Source: Ptychomitrium polyphyllum
Taxonomy: Eukaryota
Assembly: GCA_973851085.1 (NCBI GenBank)
Contig: OZ316775.1
Location: 15,190,001 to 15,254,000, forward strand
Length of the DNA: 64,000 nt
Direction: 5' to 3'
How positions within the stretch are numbered: the first letter of the stretch is position 1; each line of letters begins with the position of its first letter. The notes beneath the pieces were generated by a model, which was given only the letters and a program-made list of their open reading frames with translations, had not been told where the DNA came from and searched no databases. Shown here piece after piece: positions 13,801 through 28,566 of the stretch. A program made the translations under genes and the position numbers.

Positions 13801-15442
13801 ATCTCCCTGCAATAGTTCCCCAAACATATGTATCAGTCTTTCAAAGTAAAGCGTATTAAAGAATTGGACAGATAGACCAGCACAAATGATAGCATACAGG
13901 AGTAAGAACAACCAAAATAAAACTGGGACTACTATTCCACTTCTTACCGTTGCAGCATTGGCTTGCCCTGCGTTGATCAGAATTGCTCGAGCCTGTAATT
14001 CACGAGACAAACTCCCATTTATTAGGCATCAACTCTGAACAAGGCAAGATGTCTATGAAAGGACAATAAAACAGCAACAATAGAACATTATATTACGGGA
14101 TGGTTCGACACATACCGTAGTAGATTCTGCCAAAGTTTGCTTGCAAAAGATTACAGGCGCCGCAGCCACGACATTTTTAGTGAAAGTCCCTGGGAATAAA
14201 AGCGTCAAAAAAAGTGTGACTGTTCAGAAATTTCCCTTAAATACACTCTGAAGGAACGCATTTGAGAAAAGTAGAAACAATGTTAGATGATGCGCCAACA
14301 GTAACCCAGAAAACAAAAGAGACCGTAAGCAAGCGACTTACCGGCAGAGACAGCATCCGTCTCACAGACGACCAGAGCTAGGTCAGGTTTTTTACCGGCA
14401 GCTCGTAGCCCTGCATACATACCAGCTGCTTGAAAACCCTTTGCAGCGGTAACTCCTCCAGGAATCTGAAAACTCCAACAAGTCCACAAAGATTAACCAA
14501 ACTGTTCTCTGTTTTCTTAATTTCTGAGATGTAAATTCGGCTAAATATAAAACTAGATGTTAGTGTTTTTATTTGATTACCCTTGCAAAACAGTACGCCA
14601 AAGCCAGAAATAAGACAAGAGTGAAAACCATACTCGCTGCCATGGGCCGTCAGGTAGAAGAATAGGTGATGCAGGTATAAATTTGCCCGGTGCCACTGCC
14701 TCTGCATCTACATCCGTGTCTGTCGTAGCGGCAGATAGGACCGCAAGAACGTTGTCGTCCTGGGTCACAAAAATAATTGGTCCCCCAACGCTCGGAGTAT
14801 CCAATGTTGGAAAGAGGAAGCCACGAAGCAGAAAATTCAATCAAAGCAGCAGAATGTTCCAGAGCATGCGTTGTTAGGCGAGAATGCAATCTCATTCACC
14901 ACGGAAGCAAGAGAAATTGATCACACTCGTGATAAGTACCTTCAGCGTCCTGTGTCCATATCGTGTTCGGAAACTCTTCACGTCGCTTGGAAACGCTTGC
15001 AGATGCGTGAACGCTTGCTGCGTCCTTCGAGGAATAACACTGCAGCTGCTTCTGGGTTGAGGAATCACTTGAGCTGCGGATTGCTCAAATGCTAGAAAAT
15101 GCAGACATTTCAATTACATCACATTGCAAGATCCGACGAAGGCATTGTCTCTCTTCTCACATGTAACACCAGAAAGGAAATTGCGCTTAGCAGAAGCCTA
15201 ACATTTGGTCATGAACGCGAATCCATATTCCAAATACGATTCCAGACGAGAAAGACAACCAAAAACTCATTCGATACCCTCGGCTTCAGAACTAAGTGCA
15301 CATTAACCCGCATATAGAAACCATATTTTCAGATATAGCGTCCAATGCTTAAGTCGGTGGCACTGAAGAAAGCCCAATAGGCTGTGCACTTACCTGGATG
15401 CAAGGATTTGGCCCGCAGGCACATATGGGCCGAGGATACCAT
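10848..15442 (-). CDS. argJ: Bifunctional ornithine acetyltransferase/N-acetylglutamate synthase, plastid-targeted, multi-exon
   Basis: Exons encode [68 protein letters not shown] and the C-terminal [18 protein letters not shown] (TAA 10850-10848). Likely start [12 protein letters not shown] at 15442, followed by a transit-peptide-like exon. Confidence 0.95.
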
Positions 15443-16691
15443 CGCGGTAGCCAGTCCAAAGCTCCGCAAAGAAAAGCTCTCTAGAATCTCACAGTCCACT
15501 AAAAACTGGAGCTTGTAGGGTTTTGGGTTTCATAAGTTCATTCCGTAAGAGCCGGTTTAACAGTTGCCCTGAAGACGTGTACATCGATTGCAAACTTTCG
15601 ATCATGAACATTTCCGCCAGGGACGGCCCGAGAGGGAACATGTCTAACAACACTGAACATGTACAGGTTGTGGGAGTGGACGACAGTGGACAGAAAGTGT
15701 GATGCGGTGTTCTGCCATCGAACTCGAATTGTCCTCTCGTAAGGTATCTTTCTTGAGGTCTAGACACTTGGCTCTCTCTCTCTTGGAGCATGAGCCCGTA
15801 AATACATCGGGTGTACCATTTGAGGATACCATCATATTTTATACCATAATCACAAGAAGAAAACCGAGAACATTTCTGTGTACGCATGTATACAGCGGAA
15901 GAGAGTTCTAATACAGGGAATTGGCTTCACGCACCGAGGTGTAGTGACAACCCAGCTGGAATTCGAAATATGGTAAAAAATGTTAGGTGTAGGATTTTCG
16001 GGCAGAGACAACACAGCCTACATATAGAGAAACTTTCATCAAGGTCCATGTGAGATAGGAGAAGTAAGCGTTACGATACCCATGAGCAATTTACATTTTA
16101 TATGCTATAATTTCCGTCTGCAGTAAGGGGCATATCACAAACTTGGTCCACAATGGACTTCTTTACAATCCACGCTTTGGTGAGTGTATAAAACTCTCAT
16201 CTGATGCTGGGCCGAAAACCGATTTCTATATACCAACTGTACATACAAGGAAATATGCGAGAACTTCAACACATGCACTATTCCCTCGCACTGGAAGACT
16301 AGAGTTGCCAAAGACCTAAATTAGTGACAATGCTCTCTTCAGAACTCAATGTTTAATTATTGAAATAACTTCTACTGGCTTATGAACCAGAGCCCTACGA
16401 AAAGTGGGTAAAAATATTTGACCGACCTGCAAGAGGAAAAGACAGGAAGAATTAGACACACAGCAGGAACAAAATCAGCAGTTGAGGTACAGCAACTCAT
16501 CCCACATATTATCTTAGTTTTAAAAAACTGCACATACTATCACAAATCTACATGTCCATATAAGGAAAATTCAGCAGCAAGTCCTAAATTTGAAATCAAA
16601 CTTACAGTAAAAGTTGGAATACTGAGAAATATTTACACGTTCTCGTTTAACTCTGGTCTAGTTTTTTCGGTTACTAATACAACTGAAAACT

Positions 16692-19614
16692 TCATGGAGG
16701 AGGAAACTCTCCAAATTCTCTTTCAAACATCGAGGGCGTCAGCGGCTCAAAAACGGGACTGTTCGTCAGCCCTCCCAGTATGTTCAATGAAGGCATGGAG
16801 TCACTCCCTAACCCACCTATCTCGCAGCTCCTTCTTCCAGCTCCTGGACTCGGTAACGAAAGGCCATCCACCTCACCAATGCCACCATTGCCGGGATAAT
16901 TAGCGCTCCAATATGCTCCACCAGGACCTCGAGGCCTAAACCCACCGATATTTCCAAGCCCTGGAAAACGGTCATAGTCTCCTCCCAAAATACCAGGAAA
17001 GAAGGGTGTTAACGGCGGTGGTCTCATTAAAAGTGAAGGAAAAGCTTCGTTTCTCAGTTGCCTTTCAGCCTCTCTCCTCTCTTCTTCTCGTCTTTTTCTA
17101 CGAGCCAATTCACGAGCAAAAGCAGCTTTCCAACCACGGCCTCCCGGAGCCCGGTTGGCATCAGGCCATCCAAATTGCTCCTTAAAACGAGCTTTCCATA
17201 ACTCCTCACTGGCAGCGAGGAACTTCAGCTCTGAACAGACACAACAGATAGTTGCGAGGGCTGCAGCTGGGAGGTTTTCGAGCACTTTGACTTTTAACTC
17301 CGTGGGCAGTAGCAACAAAGAGGCTGGTGGTTGGAGCCCGGCTTTCTCACACATGCATGTGAGAAGCGGAAGGGACAAGTTGTCTTTCGCCTGCTGCCAT
17401 AGCTCAAATACATTGCAAAATATGTCGGATTTGTTCAGAAGCACTGTCTTCTCTGTGGTCTGACAATCCATGAGTGTTGCGTCCTGTTTCCCACCCTCAC
17501 CAACATTTGCCAATACCTGCGTTTCGAGAGCAATAAACTAATCAAAAAGTGGTGCAACAATTACGACAGTAAAAGCAATACAATTGCAAACAAGACGTTA
17601 TGAACACGAGCAACAGCAACAGCAAGGGAGGAAAGAAATATTGTGCACCTTAAGGGCATCCCCTGCATTTCCATTATCTTCCACAACAAAATCTTTCTGT
17701 AAGTACCGTGACACAGGCAAGCTTAGCCTATAGATTTCAGATCCTTGCCCACCCGTGACAACCCCATACACTACCAGCGCATTGCCAATAACCTGGCACC
17801 GAAGAAGCGCATCCCCAACAGCAGGTGTCTGTGCACCCGCAGATGCAGCCCTGATGATTTCTGGAAGAGTATAAGTCAGGTTAACAAGTCCCCCCTTTCC
17901 ACTCCAATCAGCGGGTAGCCCACATCTATCTGAGGAACCCACCACACCCATCGGCTGTTGCAGAACAAAACCCGTCTCAAGCATCACAGCATGAATGGCG
18001 AGAACCAGAAAAGCCTGCCGTTCCTTCACTTTTTCGTACTCTATTGACAGTACCCGCTGCAAGAGATCTGGGAGGTAAGAATGTGTCTTCTGTGTGCTAA
18101 GAGATTCCAATAGCCCACTCTCATCTTCATCAATCTCCATTTCCACAACCCCACTTCCCGAGGCAATAATATCCATAGCGAAGTCCATCTTACCCTTCCC
18201 TTTTGCACTCTGCAAGATTCGCTCCTCTGCGCGCGAGCAAGATGCAGAATCTCCAGACGTGGATCTAGGATCCTCAGAAAGTGGGCTAGGCGAGACTAGT
18301 GAATCGGGAGAGCTCGCTTCACCCTGCGAAATTGTAGTTCTTTGCAATGCAGCTGCGGCACAGAGCTCCCTGCGCAAGATTACAGGGTCCACACCTTTCT
18401 CTTTGCCATGAATGTTTAATCCTCGCACCCCTCTGGATGATGGAGCAACGTCGCTAGGACTCTCTAGATTAGATACGCCGCTGGCTATGCTCGTCGGAGT
18501 CGAAAGCGGAGTTGGATTCCTGGGGACGGTGAAACTTACAGGAGCAGCAGACTGCGTGCACACGGCGCACAAAATACGCTCTCAGATTATTACAAGCACA
18601 ACAGGAAGGCCAAAGACTAGACCTTGGTAGAACAGAAGGTGCTCTACATGTGTTATGCAATTACATAAATGAGAGTACTCTATCAAACATAGCAATTATC
18701 GCCAATACTCCTTCCTAAGATTATAATACTCTTCAGCATTACAAGAACAGGGATAAAAGCTCCTCGAAAACCAACAATTTCCATGAGAAAGCAATCTGCA
18801 TTAAACCCTAAAAGTGGTGAACAGCACAATATAAGGCTCTCAAAGCAATTCAGGCAACTGCTTCAAGCGATTGTCATATGCAGCATTGCAAAAAGGATCA
18901 TCAGCTATGCCACGAAATATCCACACTGACCGTAAGAAAAAAACGTAAACAAACTTGGAAGGTGTCCAAAACACACAAAAGGTAGGGTAGGTGAATAGGA
19001 AAATAATGTCGTTTCAAGACTACATTCATACATGAAACGGTGAAGGAAAGGATTGAAAGGAAGGGTTGGCTCAACTAGTTTTGAACATGTTTATGGGGTG
19101 TAAGCGGAGCACTTAAATCCTTCGCAATACTGTGAAACTTTTGAAGTCATCGCATCAATTCAAAATTCAATTGGGTGCTATCGACGCCCTTAGGGTCTTG
19201 AGACTGATGCCCAGCAACCCGACTTTCCTCCGAAATTTAACCCAGCATCGATGACCTAACAACGCGAGACTGAACATACAACTGGAGGGAACTCCAACAG
19301 AGCAGCCAAGAAGGATTAGAAGCTAGACGACTTACCGGAGCATCTGCAAGTGGTACAACTGGAACAGAACCTCCTGTACTAGAAATATAAAACAGCAGAT
19401 CCCCATTGATCACACCGAAAGCGGACAGTAGAACATCAGACGGCCCATTGATAGAATCCTTCTTGTTCAGTGAGACATCGAACGACGACACTGGTTGCCC
19501 AATCTGCGACGCGATGGCGTCCTTAAGCGCTTGCAACGTGCAAGGCTGTGGCAATTGTACTCGCAACGTCGGCCCCCCAGTCGCCGCCCGCACTCTCACC
19601 TTCAAAGTCGCCAT
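16692..19614 (-). CDS. F-box protein, SKIP22/FBXO7-like (N-terminal Ubl, PI31/FP domain, F-box, Pro/Gly-rich tail); exons 19614-19336, 18551-17649, 17516-16692
   Basis: Ubl-like start (LKVRVR..TLRVQL..LSAFGVINGDLL), FP-domain motif LVLAIHAVMLETGF, F-box LLLLPTELKVKVLENLP..CCVCSELKFLA, tail motif GGDYDRFPG. Phase-0 GT-AG introns join the exons in frame. Confidence 0.88.
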
Positions 19615-22136
19615 GTCACCTCACCTCCACCACCACCGCCCAACTCCAACTCAGCAAGAAAGAGTGGCGCCCAAGTCGAGCGTAGACCTCAAAAGCAACC
19701 TCCAAACACACAAAAAACTCACCTCTTCTCAACCCATCACTCAACTCACTTCAGGTCTCATCTCAACTTACAGATCGAATGACTCCGAACTCAACCCCAT
19801 GCACACGCTTCCTTCAACCCTAACCCTAAAAGCACCCAACCGTTTCAAAAACTTGGAAAAACCGCGAGGGAAATCGTACTGGAGCTGACATAACGCTCAA
19901 GTATCCGAGTGTTTGCAAACTGCTCTGAAACGATGACCTAAGGGATCATCGTGGACGACAAGAGAGGTAGAACATACGAGATTTGACGGGGCGCTCTTCA
20001 GGGCATGGGGCGCCTCAAGAGACGAAGCGCAGCATGCAGGGCCCGTATTAAGTTTGTGAGGGGGACGGCAACCATGTGAAGCTTGGCATGTGATAGTTGC
20101 GGTGGGGTTCCGGGATTGGGTGGAGATGACCGGATCGGTTGCTTGCCTTTGCAGTGTCCAGAGTGGTGTCCACGCGAGAGGACGACCACGAGGACGCGGT
20201 GAAGGGGTGCTACGGCCGCGTCTATAGGCCTGTAGACCTCATCACCGCCCTCTCTGTCACCGTCGGCTCGGATGTATACCCAAAACTACGTCCAAATCTA
20301 AAGGTGTATCTCTATTATCTATAGAACCTGTAGATAATGCCATCTGCTATCTATGGATGGTGTAGATAGTGACGGTTTTTTGTGGACTTCCCTTACTGAA
20401 GGTGATTGGTAAGATGAAAATACAGGATGAGCACATTGAAATCAGCACAACAAAGGCCTATTTGTAGATGCTGAGAAAAATGCTAGTGGAATCGTAACTT
20501 TCAAAAGGCTTTGCCACCAAGGGATTTATGAATGAAACTAGGTGGGGTCCATGATCAATCACAAACAACCGTTTGTTTGTTATCATATGCTTGCATCAAT
20601 GTACAAAGAAGTCTTGTAGTTATTGTAAATTAATCAACTGTAGTTGCATCAATTTATTGTAGTTGGTAGTTGCTAATTGTAGTTCAAAATTTTTAACTAA
20701 AGAAATAAAACTTGTGATGTTTGAATGGTGTAGAATCACTTCCTTTCACTGAATACTTATATTTAATTATTCCATAGAGTTATCTCTTTTACATATTAGA
20801 GCCTGACCTCAATAATACGACCCTTGATGATACAATAACCTTGATTTTGTGAGACGTTTTTCGAGTAATCAGATCATTCAGTTCAAAACCTCCTATGTAA
20901 TATGACTATCACATGCAGCTTTCATCAAACCAAGGTGAATTTCCTCATTCTTAATGTATAATTGCAAGATTGGTGGCTTGTTTCCTTGTAAACTTTAATG
21001 CATCTCGGGAGATTTATTGCATGACTCTGGTACCATTCAAGAACATTCGCATAAGCATCATTTGATAGCGTAAGCAGACATGCTACAAGTCCACTAGTGA
21101 GTGAGGCAACACACAAGAATGATGAAGTCAAGTCAGGTCTTTGATAATGAAGGACAGAAAGCAATCTAGAGTCAAATGTGAACTTGCAGCTCAACAAAGC
21201 TTGAGTTTGCATCTCTTACTACTTACACAAATTCTTCAGTCACCCAAAAATCCTCTCAAACTCTAGGCTTTGCTTGGAATGCATGCATAACTTAAGATTT
21301 GTTTGCTCATTCAGATATTTGAGAGCTTGAATTGAACTGATTGGATAAGTATCACAAGTATTTATGATACTTGCAAGGTTAATGTTCCGGTTAATGTTCC
21401 AAGGATAATATGCACTATGGTTGCATCTGCAACAATCTGAAGATACAGTATTTTGCAACATTATTGAATGGGAGAATGTACTGTGTTCATGGTTTTGAAT
21501 TAGGTGTTGTAGAAACCCTCCATGACACGAGGATAGATCAACAATATCTAAGTGCTACACCGCTTATCGTCTTTAAGGTGGCTATATCTTTTACACAAGG
21601 TGAATATTGTTAGTACATAAAGTCATTTAATACCGTACAGGTTTTCTTTAACTGCAACAGTACTAAGCAAACAGCTAATCAATGCTTAACAAAAATAAAC
21701 TGAAATCATTCAATGTATTTCTGAGCAATCTGTGCAGCATGCCAGCATATTCCATAGCGTCCATGGAAAGGGTCAGAAACAAATCCATGTGAAGTGAGTA
21801 TTATACAGGCTCTATAGTAACAATAATGAATCCGAAAATTCTAATCTGTCCTTGCTGCCTAGCCAATTAAAACTGTAGTCAGCAGTCATCTGTGCTCTCC
21901 TGATCTCTCTTCCTCATAGCACTCAAGAGGGACGCTGAATGCCGTCATTTCCAAAATATCCCACAACGAGTAGCTTGTAGTGCAATTTAGTGAAGAATAA
22001 ATAAAGCTTTGACATGACCCGATCCAGGGAAGTGCACATCCTCCACACACTCTTGTTACCTTGCACAACAGCATCCCTGATAGTAGATCCGGTCTCTGCT
22101 AGTTTCAATCCTTTCCGCTTGAGGAAATAAAAGTCG

Positions 22137-25100
22137 TTACCTTCTCCTCTGTTTCGCAGGTGCATGGTCGCTTGGTGGAGAAGGTATTTCTTGAGAGCTC
22201 TTTACTTCCAGGCATTTTTTGGACCGTCGTGAGTTGGTTTTCCCTTCACTGCAGCGAGGACAGATATACTCCAAGCCATCGGTCTTTGCATAGTCCTGCA
22301 TAATGGTAAATGAAAAGGGTCAACAACAAAGACTTGCAAAAGCAATGACATGGATTCTGGAAAGATGGGACCAGGAGAACTACTGAAGAAAGTTCTGTAA
22401 ATAAAAACAGACGTACCTTAAAAGCTCCTAGGCCTAGCCGTGTATCACACCCAAAATGGGCCCATTCTCCACAAATTCCACAGTTCACCCAGTCACCCTC
22501 TGACCCGCTGCGACAAAAGCACAAAAAGGTTTGATGTGTAAGAAAACCAACACTGTTAAGTGAAAATCAAGTGCATCGGAAAAAATCCTAACTTACAACC
22601 AGGTTCGTAAACTGTTAAACAAGAGTTGTTCTAATGCAAGACTTCAATTTCTGCTTCTACACTCACCTGTGGCATAGTATGCAGCACTCGCCATCAACAT
22701 CGTCATGAGCCAGCTCGTACTCCAAGAGGTATGTCTCGTAATGCTTTTTGAGTGTGTTTCCAACCCCCTGCACAAACAAGTGTCAGATCAATGGAGAACT
22801 TGAATGGCAGCAGATGCAAAGCACCAGTCATGCTTGAGAGTAAAGATTCCATTTCGTTGATTCACGTGAACTCACAAACTTACCGTCATTTTGTTGACTG
22901 ATGTATGATTATGCATCTTCGCAAAAACTTGACCCTTCCAATTAATGCCATTTCCAACATGGAAGCCTCCTCTTGACACAACCTGCAGTTGCAAAATCGA
23001 TAGTAAATCACTAATTCTGCAAATCAATCTCAAGTAGAAACCTATGTTCAGCTGTGCCTGATGTACCAGAATGACAAACCCAACCAAGAACCAACTCAAT
23101 ACTGTTGAGCGTGCCTGACCCACATAAAGCCAGTATCTAGCTGTGCTGTTAAGACTACCGTCATCATTGTCACAATAACAGGTATGCATAAAAAAATACT
23201 ATCAACATCATAATCTCGATTTCGGACTCTCCACTCATGTTGCAAACATCACGTGCAAAAACCCTGATAGTTGTGCCGAAAGACTAGTAACAAACATAGT
23301 CAACATGTGAAAGGATTTTACAACATGCAGGGACCATCGACAAAACGCTAAAACAAGGAAATGATAGGAATTGCATCAACTAACCTCTTTGTATAGGTTG
23401 TAAAGATCAAGGCGTTTCCCATTCAGAATAACTTCAGGGAAGGCATCAAGACCAGTTGGAGGAACAAGGCGGCTATGACCTCTTGCTTCCAAGAAACTTA
23501 CCAGATCCTGGAGGAACTCCTCCTGAATTTCCAGCAAATAGGCCATCATACTTAGGTGCGATATCAGACAGACCAACATATAATTTAAACAACAACAAAC
23601 ACGCGAACAACTACCCTAAAGCCCATGGAACTAAACATCTGAACCGTTGAGTGAATTCTCCTTGCTTTGCAACAATAAAATCAAGATAATCTTAATTTTA
23701 AAAATATAGAGCAGTTCTATCTACTCCTTTGACTTACTCCAATGAAAGTATAAAAAATTGAAGCTCGCAATTTACCTCTGCACACTCTTCCATAGGTGGT
23801 CGATTGCAACCATGTGGTTTGACATTGGCAGGAGTGATAGACAAGAAAAGGTTCACTCCAGCAGCGTCACGACCGGGTGTTGTCGTACTAGTTTTTGGTC
23901 TCCCTGAGTCTGGCCTTCGTGCCCGTCTACGCTCCACCCTAAAGAAATTGGAGCAGAGAAAGAGATTACAAAGATTGCAAAGAAAATAAATGACACTCAG
24001 TAACAATTTGCACTCGAGATTGAAAACCATCATACAGAAAGTAAAGTACCTGGTTGTCTGGTCCAGCTTCATAGTCCATCCTGCATGCTGGGCAGCCATT
24101 ACAGCATTTGCAAAAGGCATAAACCTCCTCCGATTTGCATGTGGCACTGGTTTCATTGCTGCCAATAGCGATATGTTCCCTTGCTTGCTTGAGGAGGCTG
24201 CTAAGTGTTGAGCAACTGCATTCCAGAAAAAACGTGGCTTGACATCATCAAAGGTAACCTCACAACATGGATACAAACGCATTGTTTGAATTCCTAGACA
24301 CGAGGTTGCCAAGAGCCACTTCAAAGACAGTGCTTCGTTCCACAGAATCTGCTTGAAGAGCTAAGACCAAAACAATATTAATTTATATCTTGAAGAGCTG
24401 ATAGATTAAAAGGTAACTTGCTGTCAAGATCCACTCATAGCACAGAATAACTTCAAAATACAAGACATGGTTCATCTACACACACAAAGTTGAAAAAACA
24501 CCTGTGTGTCCATTAGCTCTAGTTGCTTTCATGTGTTGCTCTGTCAGATTCTCAGCTGAGTTAGAGGGAAACAGCCTCATCCGTTTTCTGCTTGCAGATG
24601 GGGGAGCCAACCAAGAAGGTACAAATGAATCACTCGTAATCTCTCTCTTGGATGGGCTACCCCGAGAACGCTTCAGAGAAACCAAGTGCGCGGAGTCCTC
24701 CTTCAAAAATGCGTTTACAGGGGCTCCCTCCACACCGGCTATTCCCAGAGCCACTAGACTACGGTAAGATGGTTCAGCTGCTAGCTGTCTTAATACCTGC
24801 ATAGCAGATTAATGACGTTGAAAACAAAGCTTAGTATTCTGTACAAGTTGCTCAGAAAAGAGCTGCTCTCCGTTGTGAATATAGAGTTCTACCTCCGGAC
24901 AGTAAACTAAAAATAGATTCTCGGCTGTATTTTATGCTTCTCACTAGTTGGAATGTGAACAAAGTTACACGAGTTCCTTTACCTGCCCAACCCAAGTTGG
25001 AGCCTTGATCTTGAGCTCGACAACTGATGAGCCACTTGCAATAGAAATGGAGCGTCTCAAGTCACAATTCAAGCGACCTTTCTGGTTTTCATTATCCTCA

Positions 25101-28100
25101 ACTAATCGTATCTTTTCGCACCGTTCCAGTAGCTCTTTTCTCACACTATTCTCTAATAGCTGCAAAACAAGTCCATCATTGCATTAGTGAAGGAACAGCA
25201 TTCTCAGGCACGTATCTACGAGCAAAAAGACCCATACGACCTTCAACAAACAAAGTTCTGTAGCAAGTATGAGCCCACCTGATCATCAAAGCACGTTTGA
25301 GCCGCTCCTGAAACAAGAAGAGCTGTACGCGCAAAAGTTGTGGTACAAATATCACACCGCATGGTGACAACTCCACGGAGTAAGGATGATGCTGCCATGG
25401 GCGGTGGAGGAGCGCTGCATGCACAGTGTAACTGATATTTTCAGTCTACAATCTAAGAGGATACTAAGTCTAAAAGGATGTAGAACAAGAAAGAAAGAAA
25501 TGGAAAACGTCAAAGAACCAATCGCAGAAAAGAAGGATGCTGGAAGTTCAAACAAAATAAATGCAGAAAGATCCACACTAAAGCAGGAGAGAGCTACAAA
25601 ACATTGGAAAATCTGCAGCCAGTTAATCAACTGAAAGTCTGTCACAGTATGTTCCCTATGACCTTCATGAACTAGTATTATATTGGAGGGTTGCAGCAAT
25701 ACCAAATCCAGGTTAATGCATCTCATTAGCCCAGACTCATCGAATAGCTTCAATAAGAGGAAACAAACCTGACACGATGCAAGAGTCGGACCCCTTTGGC
25801 CTGCGAGGTCAACAAAGAGCACATGCAACAGTGAATTCTCGGAAACGGACAGTAATCCACCAAAGTCACAATTCTTTGGGGTTTCTGAACACAAGATGAC
25901 ACCCCATTAGCAGGATACGACTACAGCACTGAACGTGAGACAAGTACCTCAATTGTCAAAAGCGCACTCAATCCAGCTTCAAGAGCTCCGAACCAAGCAG
26001 AGGTCTGCATAAAAAGGAGATCAGCCCCAAGCTTTAGACAAAGCTATGACAGCTTATCTAGGAGTTAGTAACATAAATCACACAAAACTCCACAATCGTC
26101 CTCTCACTCCTCCCCCTTAGTCGAACTGACAGAAATAATTTTGAGGTTTATATTCAGGAAGTAACAAAAACACACTAACAACAAACCGAATTGCAGGTAT
26201 TAAGGATCAAACAAACTCTTGCAACCAGTTCTCTAGACTGAACATAATACACAATCAAACGTTAAACAGAATGAGAAAAGGTGTTCCCAGAGACATACGG
26301 GGAACCTGCAACATAAAATGTTCCTTGAAGGCATGAAAGATATACCGGTCTGCTGGCTTCTGAACAAACTAGAAGCCGGATATTGATGTCATCGTCGTAT
26401 ATTTGGACAGGTGCATAGTCAGAAGGTGCTGTTTCTTTTCCATCCTCCTCACCATCAGAGTTGGATGATCCCCCATCCGAAGATTCTGACTCCGGAGGTG
26501 CTAAAAGCACAGGCACCACATTGCTTGCCTTCTCATGGCCATTAACGCTGGCAGTTTTCATCTGCCCACAATGTATCTGAAAAGAAGAATTTGCTATTTG
26601 GAAGGCATCCTTGGCTTCAGTTGCAGAGCTGTTGAAGGAGCACACATTTGTCAGCTCAGGCGCAATCTAGGTCCAAGTTTACAATCAATACAAAGTCTCA
26701 CTAAATGATTACTAATATCTTGATCCAATAGACTCTACCCCGTAAGTCAGCTAGTTTACAGCTGCTGATGCAGCATCGTATGACTATTACATGTAGAGTA
26801 TAGCCACCTCAACCATAACAGAGCTGATTTCTATCAAGAATATTAGAGTAGAGGAATTACCTTCTTAGTGCAGCCAATAGCGCTTGGCGAAAATGAGAGG
26901 CCAAAGAGGAAGTTGGAGCTCCTTTCCAGTATATCACATGAGGTACACCCTGTAGCAGTAAGCAGACATCTCTTACTCAAAAGACATAGTCGCTAAATCC
27001 CTCGAACCCTGAACTCATAATTATCCGACCAATATACTGGTGACAGGTACTAACAGGTACAAGTTGATGTCCGCATATACTATCTGTGATAACTACTGTC
27101 CTGAGCTCCACAATGCTTCTAAGGAACTCCCATGTCTCTAAACAATACGATTAGACTATCCTTTAACTGAAATACAGGCGTTTAAAAGTTATCTCTACTA
27201 TGCGTGACTACTGAACAAATCAATCTCAAATACTTGCGCTCGGTATAAACATAAATGTTAAGGCGTCTGGATCCATAAAGTAGGGATTAGGTCACAAAGG
27301 AACAAGACATACCTGGGAGCGCAGGGCTTCACCAAGCTTGGCCCCAGAAGTCTCCAAATATATCTGGAAGTATAAAACTATTAGCGCTCTGCAGCCCTGA
27401 CTTAGTATATGGCGAGCAATTACATCCCTTCAAAATTTAAACGGATATATCCTAAACTTCTAAACAGCATGGAAGTAGTCATCCCGTGAGCATCACGAAA
27501 TAAGAACAAAAAGAAATTTCTAGTAGTCCGGATATTGTGACATACCAAATTGGGAACCTTAGCACCATACAAGGACGAAATGGTATCAGCTGAGAGCGGT
27601 TTCCCATCTCTGATCACAAGACCGCCAATCTCATCTTTGCCAGGCAAGCACTCCCCATGAAGCAGAAGAAAATCGGGATGTAACTTTTCTAGCTTCCGTC
27701 CTAACTCTTCCTTGGTAGGATCGTCTAAGATGTGAACCTGCCATACAGATTTTGAAAAAAAACCCCATCAGTTCAGGCAGCAGATGGAAATAAGTGTGTC
27801 ACAAGGACAACAGCATTGCAGCATAGATGTCCAAGCACGCCTGTTCCTATTTTGCCACGTATCAATGTCATGGATTCGTCACATCCAGTATTCTCTGCAT
27901 ATCCGCTACTGAAGTGATGCCAGAACATCTCACACTTTCACAAATTCTACGAAACTCATTGCAGAGTTACAAACCTTCAACCTACGCTCTCTAACGCCCT
28001 ACTAGTTGCATTCAGAGAAGAAACCCATGAGACTGAACCAAGAGCTAAACGAAGTACTCCATGGCTATCATATCATACACCACGGTTAAAACATGTCTCA

Positions 28101-28566
28101 TTGAGGTTAAGTACAACCTGATAATTAGCAATTAACCCGTCGACAATACTCCACTTCTACACAACTCGAAATCTACTATAACTTCTGGAATCAAGCATTA
28201 TGGACTGGAATTGCGCATTGCGGCTGTGCGCTTTAATGAAAGGCACCCGAGCAATTTGCACCATCCTCAACCAGAAGCCTACTACGTACACAATGAACAT
28301 GAAGAGAAATCACGAATTGTAGTACAAACCTCTAGGTATCCAGACGTCTCGAGATCCACAAATTCATGTTGAAATTGACCGCTATTGCCTCTGCTTTCAG
28401 AAATACTGCGGCCGTTCGTGTGTCTTTCAGGTTTCCGATCGTTCTCCACACTATGGGCTGAGAAATGATTTTTGGGGGTCCTCTTCCCGCAGATCACTGC
28501 AAGTAATGTGCGAACTGTCTTCACCTTTGCACTTCTTGATAAACCAGCGGTAGTAGCTCGCGACAT
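22137..28566 (-). CDS. AT-rich interactive domain protein, ARID4-like (ARID plus C-terminal PHD-type finger), multi-exon
   Basis: ARID helices (EEFLQDLVSFL..FPEVILNGKRLDLYNLYKEVVSRGGF..GINWKGQVF..GVGNTLKKHYETYLLEYELAHDD) and a PHD-like finger (CCILCH..WVNCGICGEWAHFGCD..YICPRC). Start MSRATTAG at 28566, stop TAA 22139-22137. Confidence 0.9.

Noticed and set aside
19816..19830. Telomere-like aaccctaaccctaaa
   Set aside because: Only two units. At most a telo-box-like element near the 5' end of the F-box gene, not an interstitial telomere array.
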